Below are positions 40,175 through 49,562 of a DNA stretch of 64,000 nucleotides, piece by piece (position 1 is the first letter of the stretch; each line of letters opens with the position of its first letter). Under the pieces are notes generated by a model, which was given only the letters and a program-made list of their open reading frames with translations, made no database searches and was not told where the DNA came from. Both the position numbers and the translations under genes were made by a program. Source of the stretch: an uncultured bacterium (GTDB taxonomy: Bacteria > Acidobacteriota > HRBIN11 > JAKEFK01). The stretch spans positions 128,001-192,000 of the forward strand of contig CAVZQN010000003.1 of NCBI GenBank assembly GCA_963777505.1, given 5' to 3'.

Positions 40175-40473
40175 AACGTACTTTGCATCTTTGCGGTTAG
40201 AGCTTCTGCTTTGCTGCAATAAGTATCTTCATTTTGTCCATTTGAAATTTCTACATCCTGGCCATTCTTACTCCCAAGCTGTTGGATCTTCTTCCTTCCA
40301 TCGAATCTTGGTCGGAGATTCAGTTGGCAAAGAGGTAAGCAATTTTGTCAAACGTGCAGATACCCTAATTCCAGTTGCGATCTGCGAAGTGATTTGTCCA
40401 TTTTTGAAATTTTTACATCCCAAAAGCGAGCATTTTTCAACGCCTCAGATGTTTGAGCTCGACGCTAAATGGA

Positions 40474-40489
40474 TGGCAAACGATTTGCA
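40474..40489 (+). promoter_or_regulatory. Sigma54 -24/-12 promoter
   Basis: TGGCAA-ACGAT-TTGCA just upstream of ADOP ATG 40503. Confidence 0.7.
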
Positions 40490-40502
40490 ACGGTAACTGA
40501 AC

Positions 40503-42905
40503 ATGATTTCAAGCTGGAGATTTGTCTTGCGTTCGATCCTTCGACAGCCGGGCTTCAGCGCAGCGGTCATACTTTTGCTTGGCGCCGGAATTGTTTTGAA
40601 TACCGTTGCTTTTACAATTTTGAATACTGTACTGATTCGTCCACTTGCTTATCCGGAACCAGATCGATTAATGACGCTCTGGGAAGAGAACTTAAAAGAA
40701 GGCAAATTCGAAGGCATTGTGAACCCTGCGAATTATCTAGACTGGCAAACCCGAAGCAAGACATTCCAGAAAATTGCTGCGTATTTGAAATGGAATTCTA
40801 ATTTAACTGGAACCGGCGAACCGGAGCGAATTTCGGTAGGGCTTGTGAATGGAGATTTTTTTGAAGTTCTTCAAGTTCCGCCGCTTTTGGGCAACACGTT
40901 TACTCAATCGCAAATCGATCAAGATCTAAAGTTAGTTGTATTGAGCCATGGATTTTGGATCAGGCACTTCGGAGGTGATCCTGAAGTCTTGAACAAGAGC
41001 GTTCTCTTGAATGGAACAAAATTTCCAGTCCATGGCGTCATGCCTCAGAATTTTTCTTATCCCGATTCCGATGTTCAAATATGGCTTCCATATCGATTTG
41101 CACCTGAAGAACTGACTGTACGCACTGGAAATTATCTTCGTGTAATTGGAAGACTCAAACCGCATGTCAGTGTCGATCAGGCAAAATCAGAGTTAAAAAA
41201 TATTGCTTCACAATTGGAAAAACAGTATCCCGATACGAACAAAAATTGGAGCGTCCAAGTCATCCCGATGCACGAGCATCAGGTAGGCAACACGCGTCCG
41301 TTGCTTTTGATTCTATTCGGTGCCGTGGGGATGGTGCTACTAATTTCCTGCTCCAACGCCGCAAACCTTTTGCTAGCTCGCGCTACATCCAGAAGAAAAG
41401 AATTTGCAATTCGTGCGGCTCTTGGAGCCAGCAAGGGTGATTTGATCCGCCTGATGTTGCTCGAAGGTTTAGTCCTTTCATTAACAGCAGGCGTTTTGTC
41501 ATTCGTTCTGGCTTCTGTTTCGATTGATTCGATCGTTGCACTGATTCCATTAGAGATTCCACGGATCGGCGAAACTCGCGTTGACGGAACCGTTCTCGCT
41601 TTTACAACAGGAATCTCATTGCTGGCAGGACTTCTTTTCAGTCTTGTTCCAGCACTTTTCGGATTTGATGGAGATTTGCGCTCTGCACTGGAATCAGGCG
41701 GAAGAACAACCGAATCCGGAAAGGTAAAAAAGTTTCGCAGTGCCTTTGTCGGTTTTCAAATAGCATTAGCGATCATTTTGCTCACAGGATCACTCTTGTT
41801 TGTTAAAAGCATGTATAACCTCAATCGTGTTGATCTAGGATTCCAAGTTAAGAATCGTACGACTTTTCGTGTTTGGCTTCCCACTAAGCGTTATCCTGAC
41901 AACGAGCAACACGCAGTCTTCTTTCAGACTCTTTTGGAAAAACTGATTGCGATTCCTGGAATCAAAAATGCAGCAGCGATTCAGGATCTTCCGTTACGTA
42001 AAAATCGGATGCTATTTCCCATTCATTTGAAAGGAAAGCCATTGGCGCGAAAAGGTGAAGAAATGGAAATTGCGTATCGCACTTTTTCAGGAAACTACTT
42101 TCACCTGATGGGCATTTCCGTTCTACGCGGAATAGCTCCTGAAGGAAATGTGTCTACGAATCCGCCCGTTGTGTGGATCAACCAGGCTGCAGCCGATGCG
42201 TTCTGGCCTGGTGAAGATGCAGTTGGACAAAGTTTGCGGTTCGCTGAAGAAGATCGATGGCTCAAAATCGCCGGAGTTGTTGGAGACGTTAAGCATATGG
42301 GAGCAGAGGAAGATGAAGGCCCTGCACTCTATCAACCTCATTCACAAAAAACTTTTGCCTTTTTAAGCTGGATGACTGTGGTGATTCAAACGGATCCTGA
42401 AGTTCATGGCATTCTTCCTATGATTCGCACACGACTCCGTGAATTGGACCGAAATCAACCCATTTTCGATATCGCAACACTCGAAGGAATTTTTCATGAA
42501 GCTACTGAGCGTTCGCGATTTTCCACATCTCTCTTGAGTGCATTTGCTCTGCTTGCGGTTCTTCTGGCGTGTAGCGGAATTTTTTCAGTCGTTCAATATT
42601 CGGTTCTGCAGCGAACACGCGAAATAGGTATCCGTATGGCATTAGGTGCAAACAATCGAGAAATCCAACGGATGATGTTTAAAGAAGGAATTGTCCGGCT
42701 TTTAGCTGGCGTTGTGCCAGGGATTATCATTTCTGGTTTCCTGACTCATTTCTTTCGCAATATGCTTTTTCAGGTTGGACCAATGGAGTTCTACGCTCCT
42801 GTAGTTTCGGTTTTGCTGATTTCTTGCGCAGTGCTGATTGCTACTTATTTGCCTGCAAAACGTGCAGCCAAGACCGAATTAGTTACCGCACTGCACTACG
42901 AATAG
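40503..42905 (+). CDS. ADOP-family ABC transporter permease
   Basis: [29 protein letters not shown]; 800 aa. Confidence 0.93.
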   Translation: MISSWRFVLRSILRQPGFSAAVILLLGAGIVLNTVAFTILNTVLIRPLAYPEPDRLMTLWEENLKEGKFEGIVNPANYLDWQTRSKTFQKIAAYLKWNSNLTGTGEPERISVGLVNGDFFEVLQVPPLLGNTFTQSQIDQDLKLVVLSHGFWIRHFGGDPEVLNKSVLLNGTKFPVHGVMPQNFSYPDSDVQIWLPYRFAPEELTVRTGNYLRVIGRLKPHVSVDQAKSELKNIASQLEKQYPDTNKNWSVQVIPMHEHQVGNTRPLLLILFGAVGMVLLISCSNAANLLLARATSRRKEFAIRAALGASKGDLIRLMLLEGLVLSLTAGVLSFVLASVSIDSIVALIPLEIPRIGETRVDGTVLAFTTGISLLAGLLFSLVPALFGFDGDLRSALESGGRTTESGKVKKFRSAFVGFQIALAIILLTGSLLFVKSMYNLNRVDLGFQVKNRTTFRVWLPTKRYPDNEQHAVFFQTLLEKLIAIPGIKNAAAIQDLPLRKNRMLFPIHLKGKPLARKGEEMEIAYRTFSGNYFHLMGISVLRGIAPEGNVSTNPPVVWINQAAADAFWPGEDAVGQSLRFAEEDRWLKIAGVVGDVKHMGAEEDEGPALYQPHSQKTFAFLSWMTVVIQTDPEVHGILPMIRTRLRELDRNQPIFDIATLEGIFHEATERSRFSTSLLSAFALLAVLLACSGIFSVVQYSVLQRTREIGIRMALGANNREIQRMMFKEGIVRLLAGVVPGIIISGFLTHFFRNMLFQVGPMEFYAPVVSVLLISCAVLIATYLPAKRAAKTELVTALHYE

Positions 42906-43269
42906 ACCGCCGCGTCATGATGAAGGCAATCGTCATAAACGTGTGAATCACAAGGAATAGTTTCATTGCGGGGCGTCCGCTGCCACTGAACACTCCCCAA
43001 ATATCCATGGCAGTTACACAACCAAAGCCAATGATATTGCCAATGACAACGGCATTAAGCGTCGCTGAAGGCTCCGCATTCCGAGTCAACCAGTTCAAAA
43101 CTGCGATTCCAAAAACCGGCCCACCGAAAATCCGGAGATAGGCGATCAGTGCGGGAGAGGCATCCGCTGGAACGGCGTCAATGCCTATCTTCTGTGGAAC
43201 TAACATGAACCCGATGCCGAGTATACCCAGGTAAATCGCTGATATCGTTAACACCATTTTGAGCTTCAT
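42883..43269 (-). CDS. Hypothetical 4-TM membrane protein
   Basis: AGGAGG RBS; four hydrophobic segments. Confidence 0.75.
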   Translation of the reverse strand: MKLKMVLTISAIYLGILGIGFMLVPQKIGIDAVPADASPALIAYLRIFGGPVFGIAVLNWLTRNAEPSATLNAVVIGNIIGFGCVTAMDIWGVFSGSGRPAMKLFLVIHTFMTIAFIMTRRSIRSAVR

Positions 43270-43420
43270 GCGCGATAGCCTCCTGTCTGAAAAATATGAA
43301 TTAGTGTCGCAGTGTCAATTTGAATTCAAGGGATAAAAGTTGCTTGATTCACGCAACGTCCGTTGCCAATTTTCATATCAGAGATTAACTGGCATCGTCG
43401 ACAAGTTTACTCCATTCAAT

Positions 43421-43436
43421 TGGCATAACGGTTGCA
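43421..43436 (+). promoter_or_regulatory. Sigma54 -24/-12 promoter
   Basis: TGGCAT-AACGG-TTGCA; upstream imperfect inverted repeat CGTTGCCAATT / AACTGGCATCG. Confidence 0.8.
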
Positions 43437-43476
43437 AAAGCCCTTTGCGGGTTAATGACCCATAGGAGAAAAGCAA

Positions 43477-44457
43477 ATGAAGATCGCCAACAATATTCAG
43501 TACCTGAACATGGTAAAAGACTTAAAAAAAGCAGATGACAAATCGGATAAACTTCCTGATTCCATTGGAGAGACTCCGGATTTGTCGCAACCCAAAAAAC
43601 CTGAATCGAAGTTAGACAACGCAGCCAAATCGGAATCTGCGAAACTCAGTAATGCGGCGCAGGAGAACCTGACTCGGGTCCGCATTGATAATCAGATCGG
43701 TCAGAATCTTGATTTAAACAGGCTTCAAAATCTGAAAGAGCAACTGAAATCGATCGTTCCAGAAATAACGACCAGTCAACTCGAGCGTTTGATCGGCATC
43801 GGAATTAGTTCCGGATCAGCACAAAGTGTTGTCGATGGAATTCGAGGTATTGCCGATGGACAGGCTCGGGATCGAGCTACTGAGCTAACTGGAGGCAAAC
43901 TTGGCGATCTGAGAATGGTTGGCGGATCACTTGTCAGCGAGGATCCGAAAACAGAAGGAAGCAAAGATGGAAATACAGTGGAGAGTCCGAGTTTGAAAGA
44001 TATCATTATCAATTTCTTCCTAGGACAGGCGTCTGGCAGACAACAACCGATTCCGCTGCCGCCTACTCCGCCTGATCCTGAAACAGGTACGAATATGTGG
44101 AACGGTGTAACTTTCCTGAAAGACGTTTTAGGAACTGGAAGCTACGAAGATCATGTAAATAATCGTGGCGGTATCGATACGAATGGAACTCCGAATCCGG
44201 ATGCAGCAGATACGGGCGGGCCAACAATCATAACGCCTGAAATGCTGATCGGTATTGCAACGAGAAAAAATTCAAAAGGCGAACCCAATCCCGAATCTCA
44301 AGATGGCAGTGGTGGTCCTATCAATGAAACGAAAGCAAGCGGCGGTGCCACTGGACCTGCTGGCGAACCAGCGATGGAGATTGATAGTGCTGTTGTCACT
44401 TCCAGAGATGTTGATGCACTTCGGATCAGACTCGAATCAAAATTTATTAAGGCATAA
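43477..44457 (+). CDS. Orphan Gly/Pro-rich, Cys-free, low-complexity protein (326 aa)
   Basis: AGGAG RBS, long ORF, no signal peptide, internal G(T/E)PNP(D/E)...GGP repeats. Confidence 0.85.
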   Translation: MKIANNIQYLNMVKDLKKADDKSDKLPDSIGETPDLSQPKKPESKLDNAAKSESAKLSNAAQENLTRVRIDNQIGQNLDLNRLQNLKEQLKSIVPEITTSQLERLIGIGISSGSAQSVVDGIRGIADGQARDRATELTGGKLGDLRMVGGSLVSEDPKTEGSKDGNTVESPSLKDIIINFFLGQASGRQQPIPLPPTPPDPETGTNMWNGVTFLKDVLGTGSYEDHVNNRGGIDTNGTPNPDAADTGGPTIITPEMLIGIATRKNSKGEPNPESQDGSGGPINETKASGGATGPAGEPAMEIDSAVVTSRDVDALRIRLESKFIKA

Positions 44458-44463
44458 CAATCG

Positions 44464-44660
44464 AAACCACGGAGTCTCCGTGACTCCGTGGTATTTCCAC
44501 GGCAAGGGTTGATTTTAATCGCGGGGGCTGCAAGCGTTGCATTGGCCTGCTCCGGGATTTTAATAGACTCTTCAACACGAAGCCACAAAAGCACTAAGTT
44601 TCACAAATAAATAATTTAATGTGTTAGTGAAACTTGGTGTCTCAGTGCCTTTGTGTTGAA
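44464..44660. repeat. Two nonamer-family inverted-repeat elements; the second overlaps the ftsH 3' end
   Basis: aaaccacggag/ctccgtgactccgtggt (44464-44492) and gccacaaaagcactaagtttcac.../...gtgaaacttggtgtctcagtgcctttgtg (44582-44660). Confidence 0.7.
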
Positions 44661-46547
44661 ACTGCTACTGAACAACAGCGATGTTGGGTAGTCGGCGGCG
44701 GGGATATCAAGTTCTTCAACGATCTTGAGCAGCTCATCTTTTTCAAGAGTTTCTTTCTCAAGCAGCGCGCCGGAAAGCATTTCAAGCTTTGAAATATTTT
44801 CTCTCAATGTGCCTGCAACCTGCTGATAAAGGTCATCAAGAATATTCTTAATCTCGATTTCTATTTCTCTTCCAGTCTCATCTGAAACGGAAGAGCCGGT
44901 TCCGAAACCACCCCTTCTTCTCAAGAAAGGTCCTGATTCTGTATCGGGAATACTGATAAGGCCGAGTCTGTCGGTCATGCCATATTCAATAACCATGCTT
45001 CTGGCATATTCGGTTGCTTTTTGAAGATCGTTTTGTGCGCCGGTAGAGATTTCAGTGAAAACAATCTCTTCCGCCGCTCTTCCACCAAGCATGACTTTGA
45101 TCCGGTTTGTCAATTCCGATCGTGTAATCAGATAACGATCTTCAGTTGGAGTTTGTAAGGTATATCCGAGTGCTGCATATCCACGTGGAATAATCGATAC
45201 ACGCGTCACCGGATCGGTACCCGGAAGTAATAACGCCATCAAAGCATGTCCGGATTCATGAACCGCAACGATCCGTTTTTCATGCACATTAATAAGGCGA
45301 TTTTTCTTTTCAGGTCCTGCGAGAATGCGATCGATTGCATCTTCCAGATCAATGGTATCAACCACTTCTTTGTTGCGTCGTGCCGCAAGAAGCGCAGCTT
45401 CATTGCAGATATTCGCAAGATCTGCACCCACAAATCCAGGAGTCCGTTGCGCAATAATGTCCAGATTCACATGTGGTGCCAGCTTCAGTTTGCGCGTATG
45501 CACTTTCAATATTGCAAGACGTTCTTTTAAGTCGGGCGCATCAACAACAATTTGACGATCAAATCGTCCAGGACGAAGAAGTGCTGTATCTAAAACATCG
45601 GGACGGTTTGTTGCTGCAATGATGATGACACCTTTGTGCGAATCAAAACCATCCATTTCAGAAAGCAATTGATTTAAAGTTTGTTCCCGTTCATCATGTG
45701 CGCCGATCATTCCACCTGCACCGCGGTGACGTCCGATTGCATCAATTTCATCAATAAAGATGATGCATGGCGCTTTTTTCTGAGCACGATCGAAAAGGTC
45801 GCGTACGCGCGCAGCACCAACGCCAACAAACATTTCAACAAAATCGGAACCACTTAAACTCAAGAACGGAACATTCGCTTCGCCTGCAGTGGCCCGCGCT
45901 AACAATGTCTTTCCCGTGCCGGGAGGTCCAACTAATAAAACTCCTTTTGGAAGCTTTCCGCCAAGTTTCTGAAACTTTCCTGGATTCTTTAAAAATTCCA
46001 CTAATTCGATCATCTCAATTTTGGCTTCTTCGCAGCCTGCAACATCAGCGAATGTTGTTTTCTCTTCAACTTCGTTGTACAGCTTCGCGCGATTTTTACC
46101 AAATGAAATGACTTGCTCTCCTGCGCCGCCAACTCGCCGAAGGATGTAACTCCAGAAAACAAACAACAATACAAAAGGCAAAACCCAGGTAAATAAGAAT
46201 TGCGTGATGCCGAAATTTCGATTTTCGCCTTTATACTCAACGCCGTTTTGTTCAAGGAACTCAATTATTTTTGGATCTTCGACTCGCGTCGTTGTAAACC
46301 TGACTTTTTTCCCTTCGTCATCGTTGTATTCGCCTTCAATCAGGTTTTTGGAAACTGTTACGGAGTTGATCTTGTTGTCTTTGACATATGATTTGAATTT
46401 GGAATATTCAAGCTCATTTCCTGTTGGCGAAAAAGAAGAAAACAAGAAATAGAGCATGATTACGACAAAAATTGCAGGGAAAAAAGAGTTCCTGAAGATT
46501 TGTTGGAATCGATTGTCCTTGTTTGGCGGACGATTTTGACCGTTCAT
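44616..46547 (-). CDS. ftsH: ATP-dependent zinc metalloprotease FtsH
   Basis: 2 TM helices, [35 protein letters not shown]. Confidence 0.96.
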   Translation of the reverse strand: MNGQNRPPNKDNRFQQIFRNSFFPAIFVVIMLYFLFSSFSPTGNELEYSKFKSYVKDNKINSVTVSKNLIEGEYNDDEGKKVRFTTTRVEDPKIIEFLEQNGVEYKGENRNFGITQFLFTWVLPFVLLFVFWSYILRRVGGAGEQVISFGKNRAKLYNEVEEKTTFADVAGCEEAKIEMIELVEFLKNPGKFQKLGGKLPKGVLLVGPPGTGKTLLARATAGEANVPFLSLSGSDFVEMFVGVGAARVRDLFDRAQKKAPCIIFIDEIDAIGRHRGAGGMIGAHDEREQTLNQLLSEMDGFDSHKGVIIIAATNRPDVLDTALLRPGRFDRQIVVDAPDLKERLAILKVHTRKLKLAPHVNLDIIAQRTPGFVGADLANICNEAALLAARRNKEVVDTIDLEDAIDRILAGPEKKNRLINVHEKRIVAVHESGHALMALLLPGTDPVTRVSIIPRGYAALGYTLQTPTEDRYLITRSELTNRIKVMLGGRAAEEIVFTEISTGAQNDLQKATEYARSMVIEYGMTDRLGLISIPDTESGPFLRRRGGFGTGSSVSDETGREIEIEIKNILDDLYQQVAGTLRENISKLEMLSGALLEKETLEKDELLKIVEELDIPAADYPTSLLFSSSFNTKALRHQVSLTH

Positions 46548-46622
46548 TACAGCACTAATATAATATCTTGATCAATTTATAGCAAAGGGTTTTTCCCGTT
46601 AATCGTAGAGAGCAAAGGAATT

Positions 46623-47093
46623 ATGCCGAATATGAAAACAGTAAAAAACTCCCATGTTGAGATGATTGAGCATGTATTTCCGAATGATGCCAATCCGCTG
46701 GGTAACATTTTTGGCGGACGCGTGATGCAGTTAATGGATATTGTGGGTGCTATTTCAGCGATGCGTCATGCTCGAAATGCCGTCGTTACAGCGTCCATGG
46801 ATTCACTGGATTTTAAACATCCGGTCTTTGTCGGGGAAATTCTGATTTTGCAGGCTTCTGTGAATTTCGTTGCCACGACATCGATGGAGGTTGGGGTCAA
46901 AGCAATGGCTGAAAACCCGTTGACCGGCGAACAGCGGCATACAAGCAGTGCCTATCTCACTTACGTTGCGATTGATGCATCCGGAAAACCGGTGCCTGTT
47001 CCGCCCATTGTCCCTGAAACCGATGAAGAAAAGAGGCGATACGCCGAAGCTCAAAAACGGCGTGAACATAGACTAGCGATGCGAAAGAGGTAA
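46623..47093 (+). CDS. Acyl-CoA thioesterase (YciA-like hotdog fold)
   Basis: PNDANPLGNIFGG, VVTAS.D, TSMEVGV. Confidence 0.92.
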   Translation: MPNMKTVKNSHVEMIEHVFPNDANPLGNIFGGRVMQLMDIVGAISAMRHARNAVVTASMDSLDFKHPVFVGEILILQASVNFVATTSMEVGVKAMAENPLTGEQRHTSSAYLTYVAIDASGKPVPVPPIVPETDEEKRRYAEAQKRREHRLAMRKR

Positions 47094-47100
47094 GAAAAAG

Positions 47101-47167
47101 AAGATAGAGAATTGAGGATGGAGGATAGCGAGCTCTTGGCTATCCTCTATCTTCTATCCTCTATCTT
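47101..47167. repeat. Inverted heptamer tandem repeat (ARGATAG)4 / (CTATCYT)4
   Basis: aagatag|agaattg|aggatgg|aggatag ... ctatcct|ctatctt|ctatcct|ctatctt; contains the VWA gene stop codon. Confidence 0.85.
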
Positions 47168-48088
47168 CTCTTGGGCAAAGTATCCTTCGCGGTGACGGAC
47201 TTTGATATTGTTTCGTTTGCAAAGGATTTGTATCTTGTGCCAGCCGCCGTCCAATTTTTCTCGCGGTACTTTGTATCCTAATGAGTACTGACTCCTCATG
47301 CCTTTCCGCAGTTGCTCCATAATTCCTTCCAGTGATTTCAAACTTGTCGGAAAAAAGGCGTAACCACCGCTTGCTTCGGCGATCTTTTGAAGAATATATC
47401 TGCCGCGCATAGACTCGGAACTCAGTGACATTGTTCCAAATGAAAGCACAGTCACATCGGATGCCACCAGATTTGATAACACTTCATCCAGTCTCAACTT
47501 GCTTGCTGTATCTTCACCATCCGAACAAACGACAATTACTTTTCGGCCCCATTCATGCTTGATTTTGTCCATTGCAAAATAAATCGAATCTAATAACGCC
47601 GTTCCGCCGCCTTTTACTTCTTCAAAAAGTAAATCTTCTCTAAATGCTTTTATGTCTGATGTAAGAGGCGTCACTTCATCTGCGAATTCATTAAAAGCAA
47701 CTAACATCGTCTTGTCTTCAGGCTTTAGCTCATCAATCAACCTGAAAGCCGCATTCTTTACAATGTCGAGCTTTTGGTGTCCGGAAATTTTTTCAGCCAT
47801 GCTGTTGCTGGAATCAATTACAAAAGCAATCGTGAGAGGAACATTTTTTTCACCTAACTTATCGCTGGATTCAAGTGAGAAGTTTGCGAAGTTAGTAATC
47901 GCTTGTTCAACGCCATCTTCCTTCAAGATAAAATCTTGCGGCGTTAAGTCGGTGATGAACTGGCCTTTCTGATCCGTTGCGGTCAGATAAACATTAACAA
48001 GATCGACGTTTAGTCTTTCGTAGAAAGTTTGAGCGTGTATTTCAAAAGCGAGCAATATAAAAACGAGACTGCAAAACCGGGAAATCAT
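47147..48088 (-). CDS. VWFA-related (acidobacterial-type) exported protein
   Basis: MIDAS DSSNSM, GTALLD, SDGEDT, SQYSLGY, VRHREGY. Confidence 0.9.
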   Translation of the reverse strand: MISRFCSLVFILLAFEIHAQTFYERLNVDLVNVYLTATDQKGQFITDLTPQDFILKEDGVEQAITNFANFSLESSDKLGEKNVPLTIAFVIDSSNSMAEKISGHQKLDIVKNAAFRLIDELKPEDKTMLVAFNEFADEVTPLTSDIKAFREDLLFEEVKGGGTALLDSIYFAMDKIKHEWGRKVIVVCSDGEDTASKLRLDEVLSNLVASDVTVLSFGTMSLSSESMRGRYILQKIAEASGGYAFFPTSLKSLEGIMEQLRKGMRSQYSLGYKVPREKLDGGWHKIQILCKRNNIKVRHREGYFAQEKIEDRR

Positions 48089-48165
48089 GGAATAGTTCTA
48101 CGATAGCATGATTTTCCAGAAAGCTCACGAATACGAGCTCCACCGCAAAGACGCCGAGGAAAACC

Positions 48166-48636
48166 TTAGCCTTCTAGTAGACTACGGAGCATCCAGGCAG
48201 ACTTTTCATGAACCTGCATTCTTTGCGTTAACAAATCGTTAGTCGGTTGATCCTGCGCGCGATCCACGACTGGGAATACTGAACGTGCGGTTCGGACAAC
48301 AGCCTCCTGATCCTGAACAAGCTGCCGGATCATAGCTTTAGCATCGGGTACGCCAGTTTCCTCTTTCACTGTGGCAAGCTTTACGAAATCGCTGTAAGAA
48401 GCTGGTGCAAAAACCCCCAGTGCTCGAATTCTTTCGGCGATTAAATCTACGGCTTGAGCCAATTCTGTGTATTGTCTTTCAAACATCAAATGCAATGTTT
48501 CAAACATCGGACCCGTGACATTCCAGTGGAAATTATGAGTCTTTAAATACAACGTATATGTATCCGCCAAAAGTCTGGACAGACCGTGCGCAATTTCTTT
48601 TCGGTCTTGTTCAGAAATTCCAATATTGATATCCAT
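48166..48636 (-). CDS. dps: DNA starvation/stationary-phase protection protein Dps
   Basis: [37 protein letters not shown]; GGAGG RBS before 48636. Confidence 0.96.
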   Translation of the reverse strand: MDINIGISEQDRKEIAHGLSRLLADTYTLYLKTHNFHWNVTGPMFETLHLMFERQYTELAQAVDLIAERIRALGVFAPASYSDFVKLATVKEETGVPDAKAMIRQLVQDQEAVVRTARSVFPVVDRAQDQPTNDLLTQRMQVHEKSAWMLRSLLEG

Positions 48637-48657
48637 GATTTTTGCCTCCATGCAAGC

Positions 48658-49194
48658 TTAAGTGGTTCCCAATTTTTTTAATGCGTTAACGACAGAAGCA
48701 AGACGAGCAAGATCATGAATCTTATCTGCGCTTACACCTGCTTTTGTCAGTGCTTCTTCATGTGAGATAACACACGATTGGCATCCATTAATTACAGATA
48801 CTGCGAAAGCCAGCATCTCAAATCTTTCCTTGCCTAGTGCTGGACGCGCAAGTGAAGTCATCCGCAAACCGGCTGTTTGATATTCATCATGTTTGCCAAC
48901 CATGTAACGAAATTTGTAATACGTATTTAACATCGCCATAATCGCGCTGCTTTCTTCGGCTTCGCGGATCTGCTCAGGATTTACTCCGAGATCTGCGAGA
49001 CGCGATTTTGCAAATTCACGTAAAACCGGATATTCCACTGCAGTGGCTGTTGCAAGAAGCGTGCAGTATGCCTCTTCAGGACTTAAAGTGCTCTCTTCCA
49101 TTATTCGCCGGAAATTCAGCCGAATATCTTTTGCGATTGTACTTTCTTTCAACTCGATTGCTGGATCAAATGATGTAATCAATACTTCAATCAT
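48658..49194 (-). CDS. ahpD: Alkyl hydroperoxidase AhpD
   Basis: AKDIRLN, MAMLNTYY, FE..AFAVS.INGCQSC..SHE. Confidence 0.92.
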   Translation of the reverse strand: MIEVLITSFDPAIELKESTIAKDIRLNFRRIMEESTLSPEEAYCTLLATATAVEYPVLREFAKSRLADLGVNPEQIREAEESSAIMAMLNTYYKFRYMVGKHDEYQTAGLRMTSLARPALGKERFEMLAFAVSVINGCQSCVISHEEALTKAGVSADKIHDLARLASVVNALKKLGTT

Positions 49195-49265
49195 AATAAT
49201 TTCTTGTCTCCTTATATATGTTAGGCCGGATCCTAGCCGCGTTGAAAAACGCGGCCCAATCCAAG

Positions 49266-49349
49266 TTAGACTTGCAACGTCGCTTCACCCTTTTCCCAAT
49301 TGCACGGGCAAAGTTCGTCAGTTTGCAGCGCATCCAGAGTCCGGATTAC
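49266..49349 (-). pseudogene. ahpC: C-terminal remnant of peroxiredoxin AhpC (27 codons, no start)
   Basis: VIRTLDALQTDELCPCNWEKGEATLQV*; in-frame TAA three codons upstream; expected position between oxyR and ahpD. Confidence 0.88.
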
Positions 49350-49355
49350 TTTGTA

Positions 49356-49431
49356 TTAACCACGGAGTCACGGAGGACACGGAGTTAAATTCTTTTCTTA
49401 AAATCTCCGTGCTCTCTGTGTCTCTGTGGTT
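49356..49431. repeat. Nonamer-family inverted-repeat element
   Basis: ttaaccacggagtcacggaggacacggag / ctccgtgctctctgtgtctctgtggtt with an AT-rich spacer. Confidence 0.9.
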
Positions 49432-49524
49432 TTCTTTTGCTTCTCGACACAATTTGTTTTCGATACCTGTCGCGATCTATCAAGATGCTAAATGTAATAT
49501 GGGGCTTTAGCCTTGATTTATCAA

Positions 49525-49562
49525 GGTGATTATTGTTATCTTAATGATAAGTAAAAGTTATG
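49525..49562. promoter_or_regulatory. Putative OxyR/LysR binding site
   Basis: ATAA-N7-TTAT box (gataagtaaaagttatg) overlapping the oxyR start, preceded by gattattgttatc. Confidence 0.6.

Noticed and set aside
40047-40496. 149-aa ORF with a duplicated LKFLHP
   Set aside because: It overlaps an upstream gene, a repeat and a promoter; the duplication reflects the DNA repeat.
49219-49271. Integron attC site (GTTAGGC/GTTAGAC cores around a hairpin)
   Set aside because: The cores are direct rather than inverted and there is no integrase; more likely an intercistronic stem-loop.
49043-49510. 155-aa plus-strand ORF
   Set aside because: It is antisense to ahpD and the ahpC remnant and runs through a repeat element.
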